Below are positions 1 to 14,226 of a stretch of DNA of 64,000 bases, one piece after another; position 1 is the stretch's first letter, and each line of letters opens with the position of its first letter. Source of the stretch: the human T2T-CHM13v2.0 reference genome, Homo sapiens. The position numbers and the translations under genes were made by a program. The stretch covers positions 36,000,001 to 36,064,000 of the forward strand of contig CP086569.2 in the NCBI GenBank assembly GCA_009914755.4, given 5' to 3'. The notes below the pieces were generated by a model, which saw only the letters and a list, made by a program, of their open reading frames with translations, did no database searches and was not told the origin of the DNA.

Positions 1-3000
1 GAGTCGAAACTAATGGACTGGAATAGAATGGACTCGACTGGTACGGACTCCAATGGAATGGAATCGAATGGAAGGGAATCGAACGGAATGGACTCGAAGG
101 GAAATGACTGCAATGGAAAGGTCTCGAATGGAATGGAAATTAATGGAATGGAATGGAATCGAATGAAATGGAGTCAAAAGGAATGGAATCGAATGGCAAG
201 AAATCGAATGTAATGGAATCACAAGGAATTGATGTGAACGGAACGGAATGGAATGGAATCCAAAGGAATGGAATAGAATGGAATGGAATCGAATGGAAAG
301 GACTCGAATGGAAATCACTCGAATAGAATGCAATTTAATAAAATAGGATCAAATGTAATGGAATGGAATGGAAAGGAATCGAAACGAAAGGAATGGAGAC
401 AGATGGAATGGAATGGAACAGAGAGCAATGGTATAGAATGGAATGGAATCATCTGGAATGGAATTGAATGGAATGGAATAATATGAAATGGAATGGAATG
501 GAATGGAATGGAATGCCCTTGAATTAAATGGACTGGAATGGAATGGACTCGAACAGAGTGGAATGGAAAGTGTTGAGATAGAATGGAATGGACTCCTTTG
601 GAATGGTGTAGTATGCAATGCAATCGACTGGCACGGAATCAAAAGGAATGTAATGGAATGGATTGGACTGGAATGCAATGGACTCGAATAGATTGCAAAC
701 GGAATGCAAAGGAATGGAATGGAATAGTATGGAATGGAATGGAAAGGAATGGAGTGGAATAGACTAGAGTGGAATGGAATGGACTGGAAAGCAATGGACT
801 GGAATGGAACTTTATTGAATGGACTGGAATCAAACGGAATGGAATGCAATGCAATCAAATGGCATGGAATAAAATAGAATGAAAGAGAATCAAATGGAAT
901 TGAATCGAATGGAATCGAATGGATTGGAAAGGAATAGAATGGAATGGAATGGAATTGACTCAAATGGAATGGACTAGAATGGAATGGATTCGAATGGAAG
1001 GCAAAGGAATGGAATCTATTGGAATGGACTGTAATGGAATGGAATGGAAGGGATTGGAATGGACTCGAATGGAATGGACTGCAATAGAAAGGATTCGAAT
1101 GGAATGAAAAAGAATTGAATGGAATAGAACAGAATGGAATCAAATCGAATGAAATGGAATGGAATAGAAAGGAATGGAATGAAATGGAATGGAAAGGATT
1201 CGAATGGAATGCAATCGAATGGAATGGAATCGAACGGAATGGAATAAAATGGAAGAAAACAGGCAAGAAATGGAATCGAAAGGAATGGAGTGTTATGGAA
1301 CGGACTCAAAAGGAATTGAATGTAATAGAATGGAGTGGAGTGGACTCGAATATAATGGACTGGAATGGAATGAAATCACATGGAATGGGAACGAATGGAA
1401 TGGAATGGAAAGGAATGGAATCGAATGGAAAGGAATCGAATGGAAGGGAATGAAATTGAATCAACAGGAATGGAAGGGAATAGAATAGACGGTAATGGAA
1501 TGGACTCGAATAGAATGGACACGAATGCTCAAATTGAATGGACTCGAATGGAATGGAAACGAAAGGAATGTCATCGAATGGAATTGAATGGATTGGAATG
1601 AAATCGCATAGAATGGAGTGGAATCAAATGGAATTGAATCGAAAGGAAAGGAAGCGAATGGACTGAAATGAAATGGAATGGAATTGAATGGAAAGTAATG
1701 CAATGGAATAGAATGGAACGAAATTTCACGGAATGGAATCAAACTGAATGGAATCAAATCAATGGAATCAAATCAAATGGAATGGAAAGGAATTGAATGG
1801 AGTAGATTGGATTGGATGGGATTGGAATGAAATGTACTGGAAAGGACTCGAATTTCATGAAACGGAATGGAATGAATTGGAACGGAATGGACTCGAATGG
1901 AATGGAATGTCATGGAATGGCATCAAATGGAATGGCATCAAATGGAATGGAATCGAATGCAATGGAATGCTATGGAATGGAATGGAATGCATTGGAATGG
2001 AATGTCCTCTAATGGAATGGATTCGAGTGGAATGGAATCGAATATAATGGAGTCGAATGAAATGGAATTGAAAGGAATGGGATCGAATACAATGGAATAT
2101 ACTGGAATGTAATGTAATGAACTCGAATGTAATTGACTGGAATGGAATGTACATGAATGGAATGTAATCGAATGGAAAGTAATCCAATGGAATAGAATCT
2201 AATGCAATAAAATCGACTCAGATAGAGTAGAATGTAATGGAATGGAGTGCAGTGCAATGCAATGGAATGGAATGGAATGCAATGGAATGGAATGGAATGG
2301 AATGGAATGGAATGGGATGGAATGGTATGGAATGGATAGTAGTGGACTGGAGTGAAATGGACTGGAAAGGAATGGACTCAAATTGAAAGGGCTCGAAAGG
2401 AATGGAGTCAAATGGAATGGTCTGGAATGGAATGAACACGAATGTAATGCAATCCAATAGAATGGAATCGAATGGCATGGAATATAAAGAAATGGAATCG
2501 AAGAGAATGGAAACAAATGGAATGGAATTGAATGGAATGGAATTGAATGGAATGGGAACGAATGGAGTGAAATTGTATGCAGTAGAAGGGAATAGAATGG
2601 AATGCAAGCGAAAGGAAAGGAATGGATTGGAATGGAATGGAATTCATTGGACTGGAAGGGAATGTAGTGTAATGGACAGGCCTGGAATAAAGTGGAATGC
2701 TACGGTCTCGAATGGAATAAAAATGTATGGAATGGAATGCAATGAAACGGAATCGAATGTCATAGAATGTAATGGAATGCAAAAAAATGGAATCCAAAAT
2801 CATTGACTGGAAAGGCTGGGTGTCGAAAGGAATTGACTCCAATGGAATGGAATCGAATGGAGTGGAAGTGAATAGAATCGAACTAAATCGAATGGAATGG
2901 AATTGATAGGAACGGAATGGAAAGGAATGCAATGATTTGGCACGGAATGGAATCGAATGACATCGAATGGAATGGAATGGAATGCAATGGAATGGAACGT

Positions 3001-3554
3001 ATTAGAATGTAATGAACTTTAACGGAATGTACTCGAATGGATTCGACTGGAATGGAATGTTATGGAAGTGAATGGACTCCAATGGAATGGATTCAAAAGG
3101 AATGGAATCGTACGGAATGGAATCTAATGGAATGGAATTAAATGGAAATGAATCAAATTGAATAGCACGGAATTGAATTGAATGGAATGGAATGCAATGG
3201 AATCTAATGAAACGGAAAGGAAAGGAATGGAATGGAATGGAATGGGCTGGAATGGAAAGGAATCGAAACGAATGGAATGGAATCGAACTGAAGAGACTGG
3301 AATGGAATGCACTGGAATGGAAGGGAGTGTAATGGAAGTTTCTCGAAAAAAATGGAATCGAATGGAATGGAATTGAATGGAACGGAATAGAGTCGAATGG
3401 AATTGAATGGAATGGAATGGACTAGAGTGAAATGGAATCGAACCACAAGGAATGGACTGGAATAGAATGGTCTCGAATTGAATGGAATCGTATGGAATGG
3501 CATCAAACGGAATGGAATGGACAGCCACGGAATGGAATGCACTCGAATGCAATG
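1..3554 (+). repeat. HOR unit 1 (3554 bp; phase arbitrarily anchored on the motif gagtcgaaactaatggactgg)
   Basis: Anchor motif at 1 and next at 3555. Phase is arbitrary because the window starts inside the array. Confidence 0.85.
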
Positions 3555-6500
3555 GAGTCGAAACTAATGGACTGGAATAGAATGGACTCGACTGGTACGG
3601 ACTCCAATGGAATGGAATCGAATGGAAGGGAATCGAACGGAATGGACTCGAAGGGAAAAGACTGCAATGGAAAGGTCTCGAATGGAATGGAAATAAATGG
3701 AATGGAATGGAATCGAATGAAATGGAGTCAAAAGGAATGGAATCGAATGGCAAGAAATCGAATGTAATGGAATCGCAAGGAATTGATGTGAACGGAACGG
3801 AATGGAATGGAATCCAAAGGAATGGAATAAAATGGAATGGAATCGAATGGAAAGGACTCGAATGGAAATCACTCGAATAGAATGCAATTTAATAAAATAG
3901 GACCAAATGTAATGGAATGGAATGGAAAGGAATCGAAACGGAAGGAATGGAGACAGATGGAATGGAATGGAACAGAGAGCAATGGTATAGAATGGAATGG
4001 AATCATCTGGAATGGAATGGAATGGAATGGAATGAAATGCCCTTGAATTAAATGGACTGGAATGGAATGGACTCGAACAGAGTGGAATGGAAAGTGTTGA
4101 GATAGAATGGAATGGACTCTTTTGGAATGGTCTAGTATGCAATGCAATCGACTGGCAGGGAATCAAAAGGAATGTAATCGAATGGATTGGACTGGAATGC
4201 AATGGACTGGAATAGATTACAAACGGGATGCAAAGGAATGGAATGGAATAGTATGGAATGGAATGGAAAGGAATGGAGTGGAATAGACTAGAGTGGAATG
4301 GAATGGACTGGAAAGAAATGGACTGGAATGGAACTTTCTTGAATGGACTGGAATCAAACGGAATGGAATGCAATGCAATCAAATGGCATGGAATAAAATA
4401 GAATGAAAGAGAATCAAATGGAATTGAATCGAATGGAATCGAATGGATTGGAAAGGAATAGAATGGAATGGAATGGAATTGACTCAAATGGAATGGACTA
4501 GAATGGAATGGATTCGAATGGAAGGCAAAGGAATGGAATCTATTGGAATGGAATGTAATGGAATGGAATGGAAGGGATTGGAATGGACTCGAATGGAATG
4601 GACTGCAATAGAAAGGATTCGAATGGAATGAAAAAGAATTGAATGGAATAAAACAGAATGGAATGAAATCGAATGAAATGGAATGGAATAGAAAGGAATG
4701 GAATGAAATGGAATGGAAAGGATTCGAATGGAATGCAATCGAATGGAATGGAATCGAACGGAATGGAATAAAATGGAAGAAAACTGGCAAGAAATGGAAT
4801 CGAAATGAATGGAGTGTTATGGAACGGACTCAAAAGGAATTGAATGTAATAGAATGGAGTGGAGTGGACTCGAATATAATGGACTGGAATGGAATGAAAT
4901 CACATGGAATGGGAACGAATGGAATGGAATGGAAAGGAATGGAATCGAATGGAAAGGAATCGAATGGAAGGGAATGAAATTGAATCAACAGGAATGGAAG
5001 GGAATAGAATAGACGGTAATGGAATGGACTCGAATAGAATGGACACGAATGCTCAAATTGAATGGACTCGAATGGAATGGAAACGAAAGGAATGTCATCG
5101 AATGGAATTGAATGGATTGGAATGAAATCGCATAGAATGGAGTGGAATCAAATGGAATTGAATCGAAAGGAAAGGAAGCGAATGGACTGAAATGAAATGG
5201 AATGGAATTGAATGGAAAGTAATGCAATGGAATAGAATGGAACGAAATTTCACGGAATGGAATCAAACTGAATGGAATCAAATCAATGGAATCAAATCAA
5301 ATGGAATGGAAAGGAATTGAATGGAGTAGATTGGATTGGATGGGATTGGAATGAAATGTACTGGAAAGGACTCGAATTTCATGAAACGGAATGGAATGAA
5401 TTGGAACGGAATGGACTCGAATGGAATGGAATGTCATGGAATGGCATCAAATGGAATGGCATCAAATGGAATGGAATCGAATGCAATGGAATGCTATGGA
5501 ATGGAATGGAATGCATTGGAATGGAATGTCCCCTAATGGAATGGATTCGAGTGGAATGGAATCGAATATAATGGAGTCGAATGAAATGGAATTGAAAGGA
5601 ATGGGATCGAATAGAATGGAATATACTTTAATGTAATGTAATGAACTCGAATGTAATTGACTGGAATGGAATGTACATGAATGGAATGTAATCGAATGGA
5701 AAGTAATCCAATGGAATAGAATCTAATGCAATAAAACCGACTCAGATAGAGTAGAATGTAATGGAATGGAGTGCAGTGCAATGGAAGGGAATGGAATTGA
5801 ATGCAATGGAATGGAATGGAATGGAATGGAATGGAATGGAATGGAATGGAATGGAATGGGATGGAATGGTATGGAATGGATAGTAATGGACTGGAGTGAA
5901 ATGGACTGGAAAGGAATGGACTCAAATTGAAAGGGCTCGAAAGGAATGGAGTCAAATGGAATGGTCTGGAATGGAATGAACACGAATGTAATGCAATCCA
6001 ATAGAATGGAATCGAATGGCATGGAATATAAAGAAATGGAATCGAAGAGAATGGAAACAAATGGAATGGAATTGAATGGAATGGAATTGAATGGAATGGG
6101 AACGAATGGAGTGAAATTGTATGCAGTAGAAGGGAATAGAATGGAATGCAAGCGAAAGGAAAGGAATGGATTGGAATGGAATGGAATTCATTGGAATGGA
6201 AGGGAATGTAGTGTAATGGACAGGCCTGGAATAAAGTGGAATGCTACGGTCTCGAATGGAATAAAAATGTATGGAATGGAATGCAATGAAACGGAATCGA
6301 ATGTCATAGAATGTAATGGAATGCAAAAAAATGGAATCCAAAATCATTGACTGGAAAGGCTGGGTGTCGAAAGGAATTGACTCCAATGGAATGGAATCGA
6401 ATGGAATGGAAGTGAATAGAATCGAACTAAATCGAATGGAATGGAATTGATAGGAACGGAATGGAAAGGAATGCAATGATTTGGCATGGAATGGAATCGA

Positions 6501-7098
6501 ATGGCATCGAATGGAATGGAATGGAATGCAATGGAATGGAATGTATTAGAATGTAATGAACTTTAATGGAATGTACTCGAATGGATTCGACTGGAATGGA
6601 ATGTTCTGGAAGTGAATGGACTCCAATGGAATGGATTCCAAAGGAATGGAATCGTACGGAATGGAATCTAATGGAATGGAATTAAATGGAAATGAATCAA
6701 ATTGAATAGCACGGAATTGAATTGAATGGAATGGAATGCAATGGAATCTAATGAAACGGAAAGGAAAGGAATGGAATGGAATGGAATGGACTGGAATGGA
6801 AAGGAATCGAAACGAATGGAATGGAATCGAACTGAAGAGACTGGAATGGAATGCACTGGAATGGAAGGGAGTGTAATGGAAGGTTCTCGAAAAAAATGGA
6901 ATCGAATGGAATGGAATTGAATGGAACGGAATAGAGTCGAATGGAATTGAATGGAATGGAATGGACTAGAGTGAAATGGAATCGAACCACAAGGAATGGA
7001 CAGGAATAGAATGGTCTCGAATTGAATGGAATCGTATGGAATGGCATCAAACGGAATGGAATGGACAGCCACGGAATGGAATGCACTCGAATGCAATG
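3555..7098 (+). repeat. HOR unit 2 (3544 bp)
   Basis: Anchor motif gagtcgaaactaatgg at 3555 and 7099. Confidence 0.85.
5805..5869 (+). repeat. Perfect (AATGG)13 run at the pentamer-run length hotspot of unit 2
   Basis: Direct count: the run follows gcaatgg at 5803 and ends before gatgg at 5870. Confidence 0.9.
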
Positions 7099-10000
7099 GA
7101 GTCGAAACTAATGGACTGGAATAGAATGGACTCGACTGGTACGGACTCCAATGGAATGGAATCGAATGGAAGGGAATCGAACGGAATGGACTCGAAGGGA
7201 AATGACTGCAATGGAAAGGTCTCGAATGGAATGGAAATTAATGGAATGGAATGGAATCGAATGAAATGGAGTCAAAAGGAATGGAATCGAATGGCAAGAA
7301 ATCGAATGTAATGGAATCACAAGGAATTGATGTGAACGGAACGGAATGGAATGGAATCCAAAGGAATGGAATAGAATGGAATGGAATCGAATGGAAAGGA
7401 CTCGAATGGAAATCACTCGAATAGAATGCAATTTAATAAAATAGGATCAAATGTAATGGAATGGAATGGAAAGGAATCGAAACGAAAGGAATGGAGACAG
7501 ATGGAATGGAATGGAACAGAGAGCAATGGTATAGAATGGAATGGAATCATCTGGAATGGAATTGAATGGAATGGAATAATATGAAATGGAATGGAATGGA
7601 ATGGAATGGAATGCCCTTGAATTAAATGGACTGGAATGGAATGGACTCGAACAGAGTGGAATGGAAAGTGTTGAGATAGAATGGAATGGACTCCTTTGGA
7701 ATGGTCTAGTATGCAATGCAATCGACTGGCAGGGAATCAAAAGGAATGTAATGGAATGGATTGGACTGGAATGCAATGGACTCGAATAGATTGCAAACGG
7801 AATGCAAAGGAATGGAATGGAATATTATGGAATGGAATGGAAAGGAATGGAGTGGAATAGACTAGAGTGGAATGGAATGGACTGGAAAGAAATGGACTGG
7901 AATGGAACTTTCTTGAATGGACCTGAATCAAACGGAATGGAATGCAATGCAATCAAATGGCATGGAATAAAATAGAATGAAAGAGAATCAAATGGAATTG
8001 AATCGAATGGAATCGAATGGATTGGAAAGGAATAGAATGGAATGGAATGGAATTGACTCAAATGGAATGGACTAGAATGGAATGGATTCGAATGGAAGGC
8101 AAAGGAATGGAATCTATTGGAATGGACTGTAATGGAATGGAATGGAAGGGATTGGAATGGACTCGAATGGAATGGACTGCAATAGAAAGGATTCGAATGG
8201 AATGAAAAAGAATTGAATGGAATAAAACAGAATGGAATGAAATCGAATGAAATGGAATGGAATAGAAAGGAATGGAATGAAATGGAATGGAAAGGATTCG
8301 AATGGAATGCAATCGAATGGAATGGAATCGAACGGAATGGAATAAAATGGAAGAAAACTGGCAAGAAATGGAATCGAAATGAATGGAGTGTTATGGAACG
8401 GACTCAAAAGGAATTGAATGTAATAGAATGGAGTGGAGTGGACTCGAATATAATGGACTGGAATGGAATGAAATCACATGGAATGGGAACGAATGGAAAG
8501 GAATGGAATCGAATGGAAAGGAATCGAATGGAAGGGAATGAAATTGAATCAACAGGAATGGAAGGGAATAGAATAGACGGTAATGGAATGGACTCGAATA
8601 GAATGGACACGAATGCTCAAATTGAATGGACTCGAATGGAATGGAAACGAAAGGAATGTCATCGAATGGAATTGAATGGATTGGAATGAAATCGCATAGA
8701 ATGGAGTGGAATCAAATGGAATTGAATCGAAAGGAAAGGAAGCGAATGGACTGAAATGAAATGGAATGGAATTGAATGGAAAGTAATGCAATGGAATAGA
8801 ATGGAACGAAATTTCACGGAATGGAATCAAACTGAATGGAATCAAATCAATGGAATCAAATCAAATGGAATGGAAAGGAATTGAATGGAGTAGATTGGAT
8901 TGGATGGGATTGGAATGAAATGTACTGGAAAGGACTCGAATTTCATGAAACGGAATGGAATGAATTGGAACGGAATGGACTCGAATGGAATGGAATGTCA
9001 TGGAATGGCATCAAATGGAATGGCATCAAATGGAATGGAATCGAATGCAATGGAATGCTATGGAATGGAATGGAATGCATTGGAATGGAATGTCCCCTAA
9101 TGGAATGGATTCGAGTGGAATGGAATCGAATATAATGGAGTCGAATGAAATGGAATTGAAAGGAATGGGATCGAATAGAATGGAATATACTGGAATGTAA
9201 TGTAATGAACTCGAATGTAATTGACTGGAATGGAATGTACATGAATGGAATGTAATCGAATGGAAAGTAATCCAATGGAATAGAATCTAATGCAATAAAA
9301 CCGACTCAGATAGAGTAGAATGTAATGGAATGGAGTGCAGTGCAATGGAAGGGAATGGAATTGAATGCAATGGAATGGAATGGAATGGAATGGAATGGAA
9401 TGGAATGGAATGGAATGGAATGGAATGGGATGGAATGGTATGGAATGGATAGTAATGGACTGGAGTGAAATGGACTGGAAAGGAATGGACTCAAATTGAA
9501 AGGGCTCGAAAGGAATGGAGTCAAATGGAATGGTCTGGAATGGAATGAACACGAATGTAATGCAATCCAATAGAATGGAATCGAATGGCATGGAATATAA
9601 AGAAATGGAATCGAAGAGAATGGAAACAAATGGAATGGAATTGAATGGAATGGAATTGAATGGAATGGGAACGAATGGAGTGAAATTGTATGCAGTAGAA
9701 GGGAATAGAATGGAATGCAAGCGAAAGGAAAGGAATGGATTGGAATGGAATGGAATTCATTGGAATGGAAGGGAATGTAGTGTAATGGACAGGCCTGGAA
9801 TAAAGTGGAATGCTACGGTCTCGAATGGAATAAAAATGTATGGAATGGAATGCAATGAAACGGAATCGAATGTCATAGAATGTAATGGAATGCAAAAAAA
9901 TGGAATCCAAAATCATTGACTGGAAAGGCTGGGTGTCGAAAGGAATTGACTCCAATGGAATGGAATCGAATGGAATGGAAGTGAATAGAATCGAACTAAA

Positions 10001-10667
10001 TCGAATGGAATGGAATTGATAGGAACGGAATGGAAAGGAATGCAATGATTTGGCATGGAATGGAATCGAATGGCATCGAATGGAATGGAATGGAATGCAA
10101 TGGAATGGAATGTATTAGAATGTAATGAACTTTAATGGAATGTACTCGAATGGATTCGACTGGAATGGAATGTTCTGGAAGTGAATGGACTCCAATGGAA
10201 TGGATTCCAAAGGAATGGAATCGTACGGAATGGAATCTAATGGAATGGAATTAAATGGAAATGAATCAAATTGAATAGCACGGAATTGAATTGAATGGAA
10301 TGGAATGCAATGGAATCTAATGAAACGGAAAGGAAAGGAATGGAATGGAATGGAATGGACTGGAATGGAAAGGAATCGAAACGAATGGAATGGAATCGAA
10401 CTGAAGAGACTGGAATGGAATGCACTGGAATGGAAGGGAGTGTAATGGAAGGTTCTCGAAAAAAATGGAATCGAATGGAATGGAATTGAATGGAACGGAA
10501 TAGAGTCGAATGGAATTGAATGGAATGGAATGGACTAGAGTGAAATGGAATCGAACCACAAGGAATGGACATGAATAGAATGATCTCGAATTGAATGGAA
10601 TCGTATGGAATGGCATCAAACGGAATGGAATGGACAGCCACGGAATGGAATGCACTCGAATGCAATG
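7099..10667 (+). repeat. HOR unit 3 (3569 bp); near-identical to unit 4
   Basis: Anchors at 7099 and 10668. The ORF-track peptides of units 3 and 4 match at a 3569 offset (for example 7825..8364 = 11394..11933, and 8213..8689 = 11782..12258 except the final codons). Confidence 0.85.
9369..9428 (+). repeat. Perfect (AATGG)12 run at the homologous hotspot of unit 3
   Basis: Direct count: 9369-9428 followed by gatgg. Confidence 0.9.
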
Positions 10668-13600
10668 GAGTCGAAACTAATGGACTGGAATAGAATGGAC
10701 TCGACTGGTACGGACTCCAATGGAATGGAATCGAATGGAAGGGAATCGAACGGAATGGACTCGAAGGGAAATGACTGCAATGGAAAGGTCTCGAATGGAA
10801 TGGAAATTAATGGAATGGAATGGAATCGAATGAAATGGAGTCAAAAGGAATGGAATCGAATGGCAAGAAATCGAATGTAATGGAATCACAAGGAATTGAT
10901 GTGAACGGAACGGAATGGAATGGAATCCAAAGGAATGGAATAGAATGGAATGGAATCGAATGGAAAGGACTCGAATGGAAATCACTCGAATAGAATGCAA
11001 TTTAATAAAATAGGATCAAATGTAATGGAATGGAATGGAAAGGAATCGAAACGAAAGGAATGGAGACAGATGGAATGGAATGGAACAGAGAGCAATGGTA
11101 TAGAATGGAATGGAATCATCTGGAATGGAATTGAATGGAATGGAATAATATGAAATGGAATGGAATGGAATGGAATGGAATGCCCTTGAATTAAATGGAC
11201 TGGAATGGAATGGACTCGAACAGAGTGGAATGGAAAGTGTTGAGATAGAATGGAATGGACTCCTTTGGAATGGTCTAGTATGCAATGCAATCGACTGGCA
11301 GGGAATCAAAAGGAATGTAATGGAATGGATTGGACTGGAATGCAATGGACTCGAATAGATTGCAAACGGAATGCAAAGGAATGGAATGGAATATTATGGA
11401 ATGGAATGGAAAGGAATGGAGTGGAATAGACTAGAGTGGAATGGAATGGACTGGAAAGAAATGGACTGGAATGGAACTTTCTTGAATGGACCTGAATCAA
11501 ACGGAATGGAATGCAATGCAATCAAATGGCATGGAATAAAATAGAATGAAAGAGAATCAAATGGAATTGAATCGAATGGAATCGAATGGATTGGAAAGGA
11601 ATAGAATGGAATGGAATGGAATTGACTCAAATGGAATGGACTAGAATGGAATGGATTCGAATGGAAGGCAAAGGAATGGAATCTATTGGAATGGACTGTA
11701 ATGGAATGGAATGGAAGGGATTGGAATGGACTCGAATGGAATGGACTGCAATAGAAAGGATTCGAATGGAATGAAAAAGAATTGAATGGAATAAAACAGA
11801 ATGGAATGAAATCGAATGAAATGGAATGGAATAGAAAGGAATGGAATGAAATGGAATGGAAAGGATTCGAATGGAATGCAATCGAATGGAATGGAATCGA
11901 ACGGAATGGAATAAAATGGAAGAAAACTGGCAAGAAATGGAATCGAAATGAATGGAGTGTTATGGAACGGACTCAAAAGGAATTGAATGTAATAGAATGG
12001 AGTGGAGTGGACTCGAATATAATGGACTGGAATGGAATGAAATCACATGGAATGGGAACGAATGGAAAGGAATGGAATCGAATGGAAAGGAATCGAATGG
12101 AAGGGAATGAAATTGAATCAACAGGAATGGAAGGGAATAGAATAGACGGTAATGGAATGGACTCGAATAGAATGGACACGAATGCTCAAATTGAATGGAC
12201 TCGAATGGAATGGAAACGAAAGGAATGTCATCGAATGGAATTGAATCGATTGGAATGAAATCGCATAGAATGGAGTGGAATCAAATGGAATTGAATCGAA
12301 AGGAAAGGAAGCGAATGGACTGAAATGAAATGGAATGGAATTGAATGGAAAGTAATGCAATGGAATAGAATGGAACGAAATTTCACGGAATGGAATCAAA
12401 CTGAATGGAATCAAATCAATGGCATCAAATCAAATGGAATGGAAAGGAATTGAATGGAGTAGATTGGATTGGATGGGATTGGAATGAAATGTACTGGAAA
12501 GGACTCGAATTTCATGAAACGGAATGGAATGAATTGGAACGGAATGGACTCGAATGGAATGGAATGTCATGGAATGGCATCAAATGGAATGGCATCAAAT
12601 GGAATGGAATCGAATGCAATGGAATGCTATGGAATGGAATGGAATGCATTGGAATGGAATGTCCCCTAATGGAATGGATTCGAGTGGAATGGAATCGAAT
12701 ATAATGGAGTCGAATGAAATGGAATTGAAAGGAATGGGATCGAATAGAATGGAATATACTGGAATGTAATGTAATGAACTCGAATGTAATTGACTGGAAT
12801 GGAATGTACATGAATGGAATGTAATCGAATGGAAAGTAATCCAATGGAATAGAATCTAATGCAATAAAACCGACTCAGATAGAGTAGAATGTAATGGAAT
12901 GGAGTGCAGTGCAATGGAAGGGATTGGAATTGAATGCAATGGAATGGAATGGAATGGAATGGAATGGAATGGAATGGAATGGAATGGGATGGAATGGTAT
13001 GGAATGGATAGTAATGGACTGGAGTGAAATGGACTGGAAAGGAATGGACTCAAATTGAAAGGGCTCGAAAGGAATGGAGTCAAATGGAATGGTCTGGAAT
13101 GGAATGAACACGAATGTAATGCAATCCAATAGAATGGAATCGAATGGCATGGAATATAAAGAAATGGAATCGAAGAGAATGGAAACAAATGGAATGGAAT
13201 TGAGTGGAATGGAATTGAATGGAATGGGAACGAATGGAATGAAATTGTATGCAGTAGAAGGGAATAGAATGGAATGCAAGCGAAAGGAAAGGAATGGATT
13301 GGAATGGAATGGAATTCATTGGAATGGAAGGGAATGTAGTGTAATGGACAGGCCTGGAATAAAGTGGAATGCTACGGTCTCGAATGGAATAAAAATGTAT
13401 GGAATGGAATGCAATGAAACGGAATCGAATGTCATAGAATGTAATGGAATGCAAAAAAATGGAATCCAAAATCATTGACTGGAAAGGCTGGGTGTCGAAA
13501 GGAATTGACTCCAATGGAATGGAATCGAATGGAATGGAAGTGAATAGAATCGAAGTAAATCGAATGGAATGGAATTGATAGGAACGGAATGGAAAGGAAT

Positions 13601-14226
13601 GCAATGATTTGGCATGGAATGGAATCGAATGGCATCGAATGGAATGGAATGGAATGCAATGGAATGGAATGTATTAGAATGTAATGAACTTTAATGGAAT
13701 GTACTCGAATGGATTCGACTGGAATGGAATGTTGTGGAAGTGAATGGACTCCAATGGAATGGATTCCAAAGGAATGGAATCGTACGGAATGGAATCTAAT
13801 GGAATGGAATTAAATGGAAATGAATCAAATTGAATAGCACGGAATTGAATTGAATGGAATGGAATGCAATGGAATCTAATGAAACGGAAAGGAAAGGAAT
13901 GGAATGGAATGGAATGGGCTGGAATGGAAAGGAATCGAAACGAATGGAATGGAATCGAACTGAAGAGACTGGAATGGAATGCACTGGAATGGAAGGGAGT
14001 GTAATGGAAGGTTCTCGAAAAAAATGGAATCGAATGGAATGGAATTGAATGGAACGGAATAGAGTCGAATGGAATTGAATGGAATGGAATGGACTAGAGT
14101 GAAATGGAATCGAACCACAAGGAATGGACAGGAATAGAATGGTCTCGAATTGAATGGAATCGTATGGAATGGCATCAAACGGAATGGAATGGACAGCCAC
14201 GGAATGGAATGCACTCGAATGCAATG
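10668..14226 (+). repeat. HOR unit 4 (3559 bp)
   Basis: Anchors at 10668 and 14227. Confidence 0.85.
12938..12987 (+). repeat. Perfect (AATGG)10 run at the homologous hotspot of unit 4
   Basis: Direct count: 12938-12987 followed by gatgg. Confidence 0.9.
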
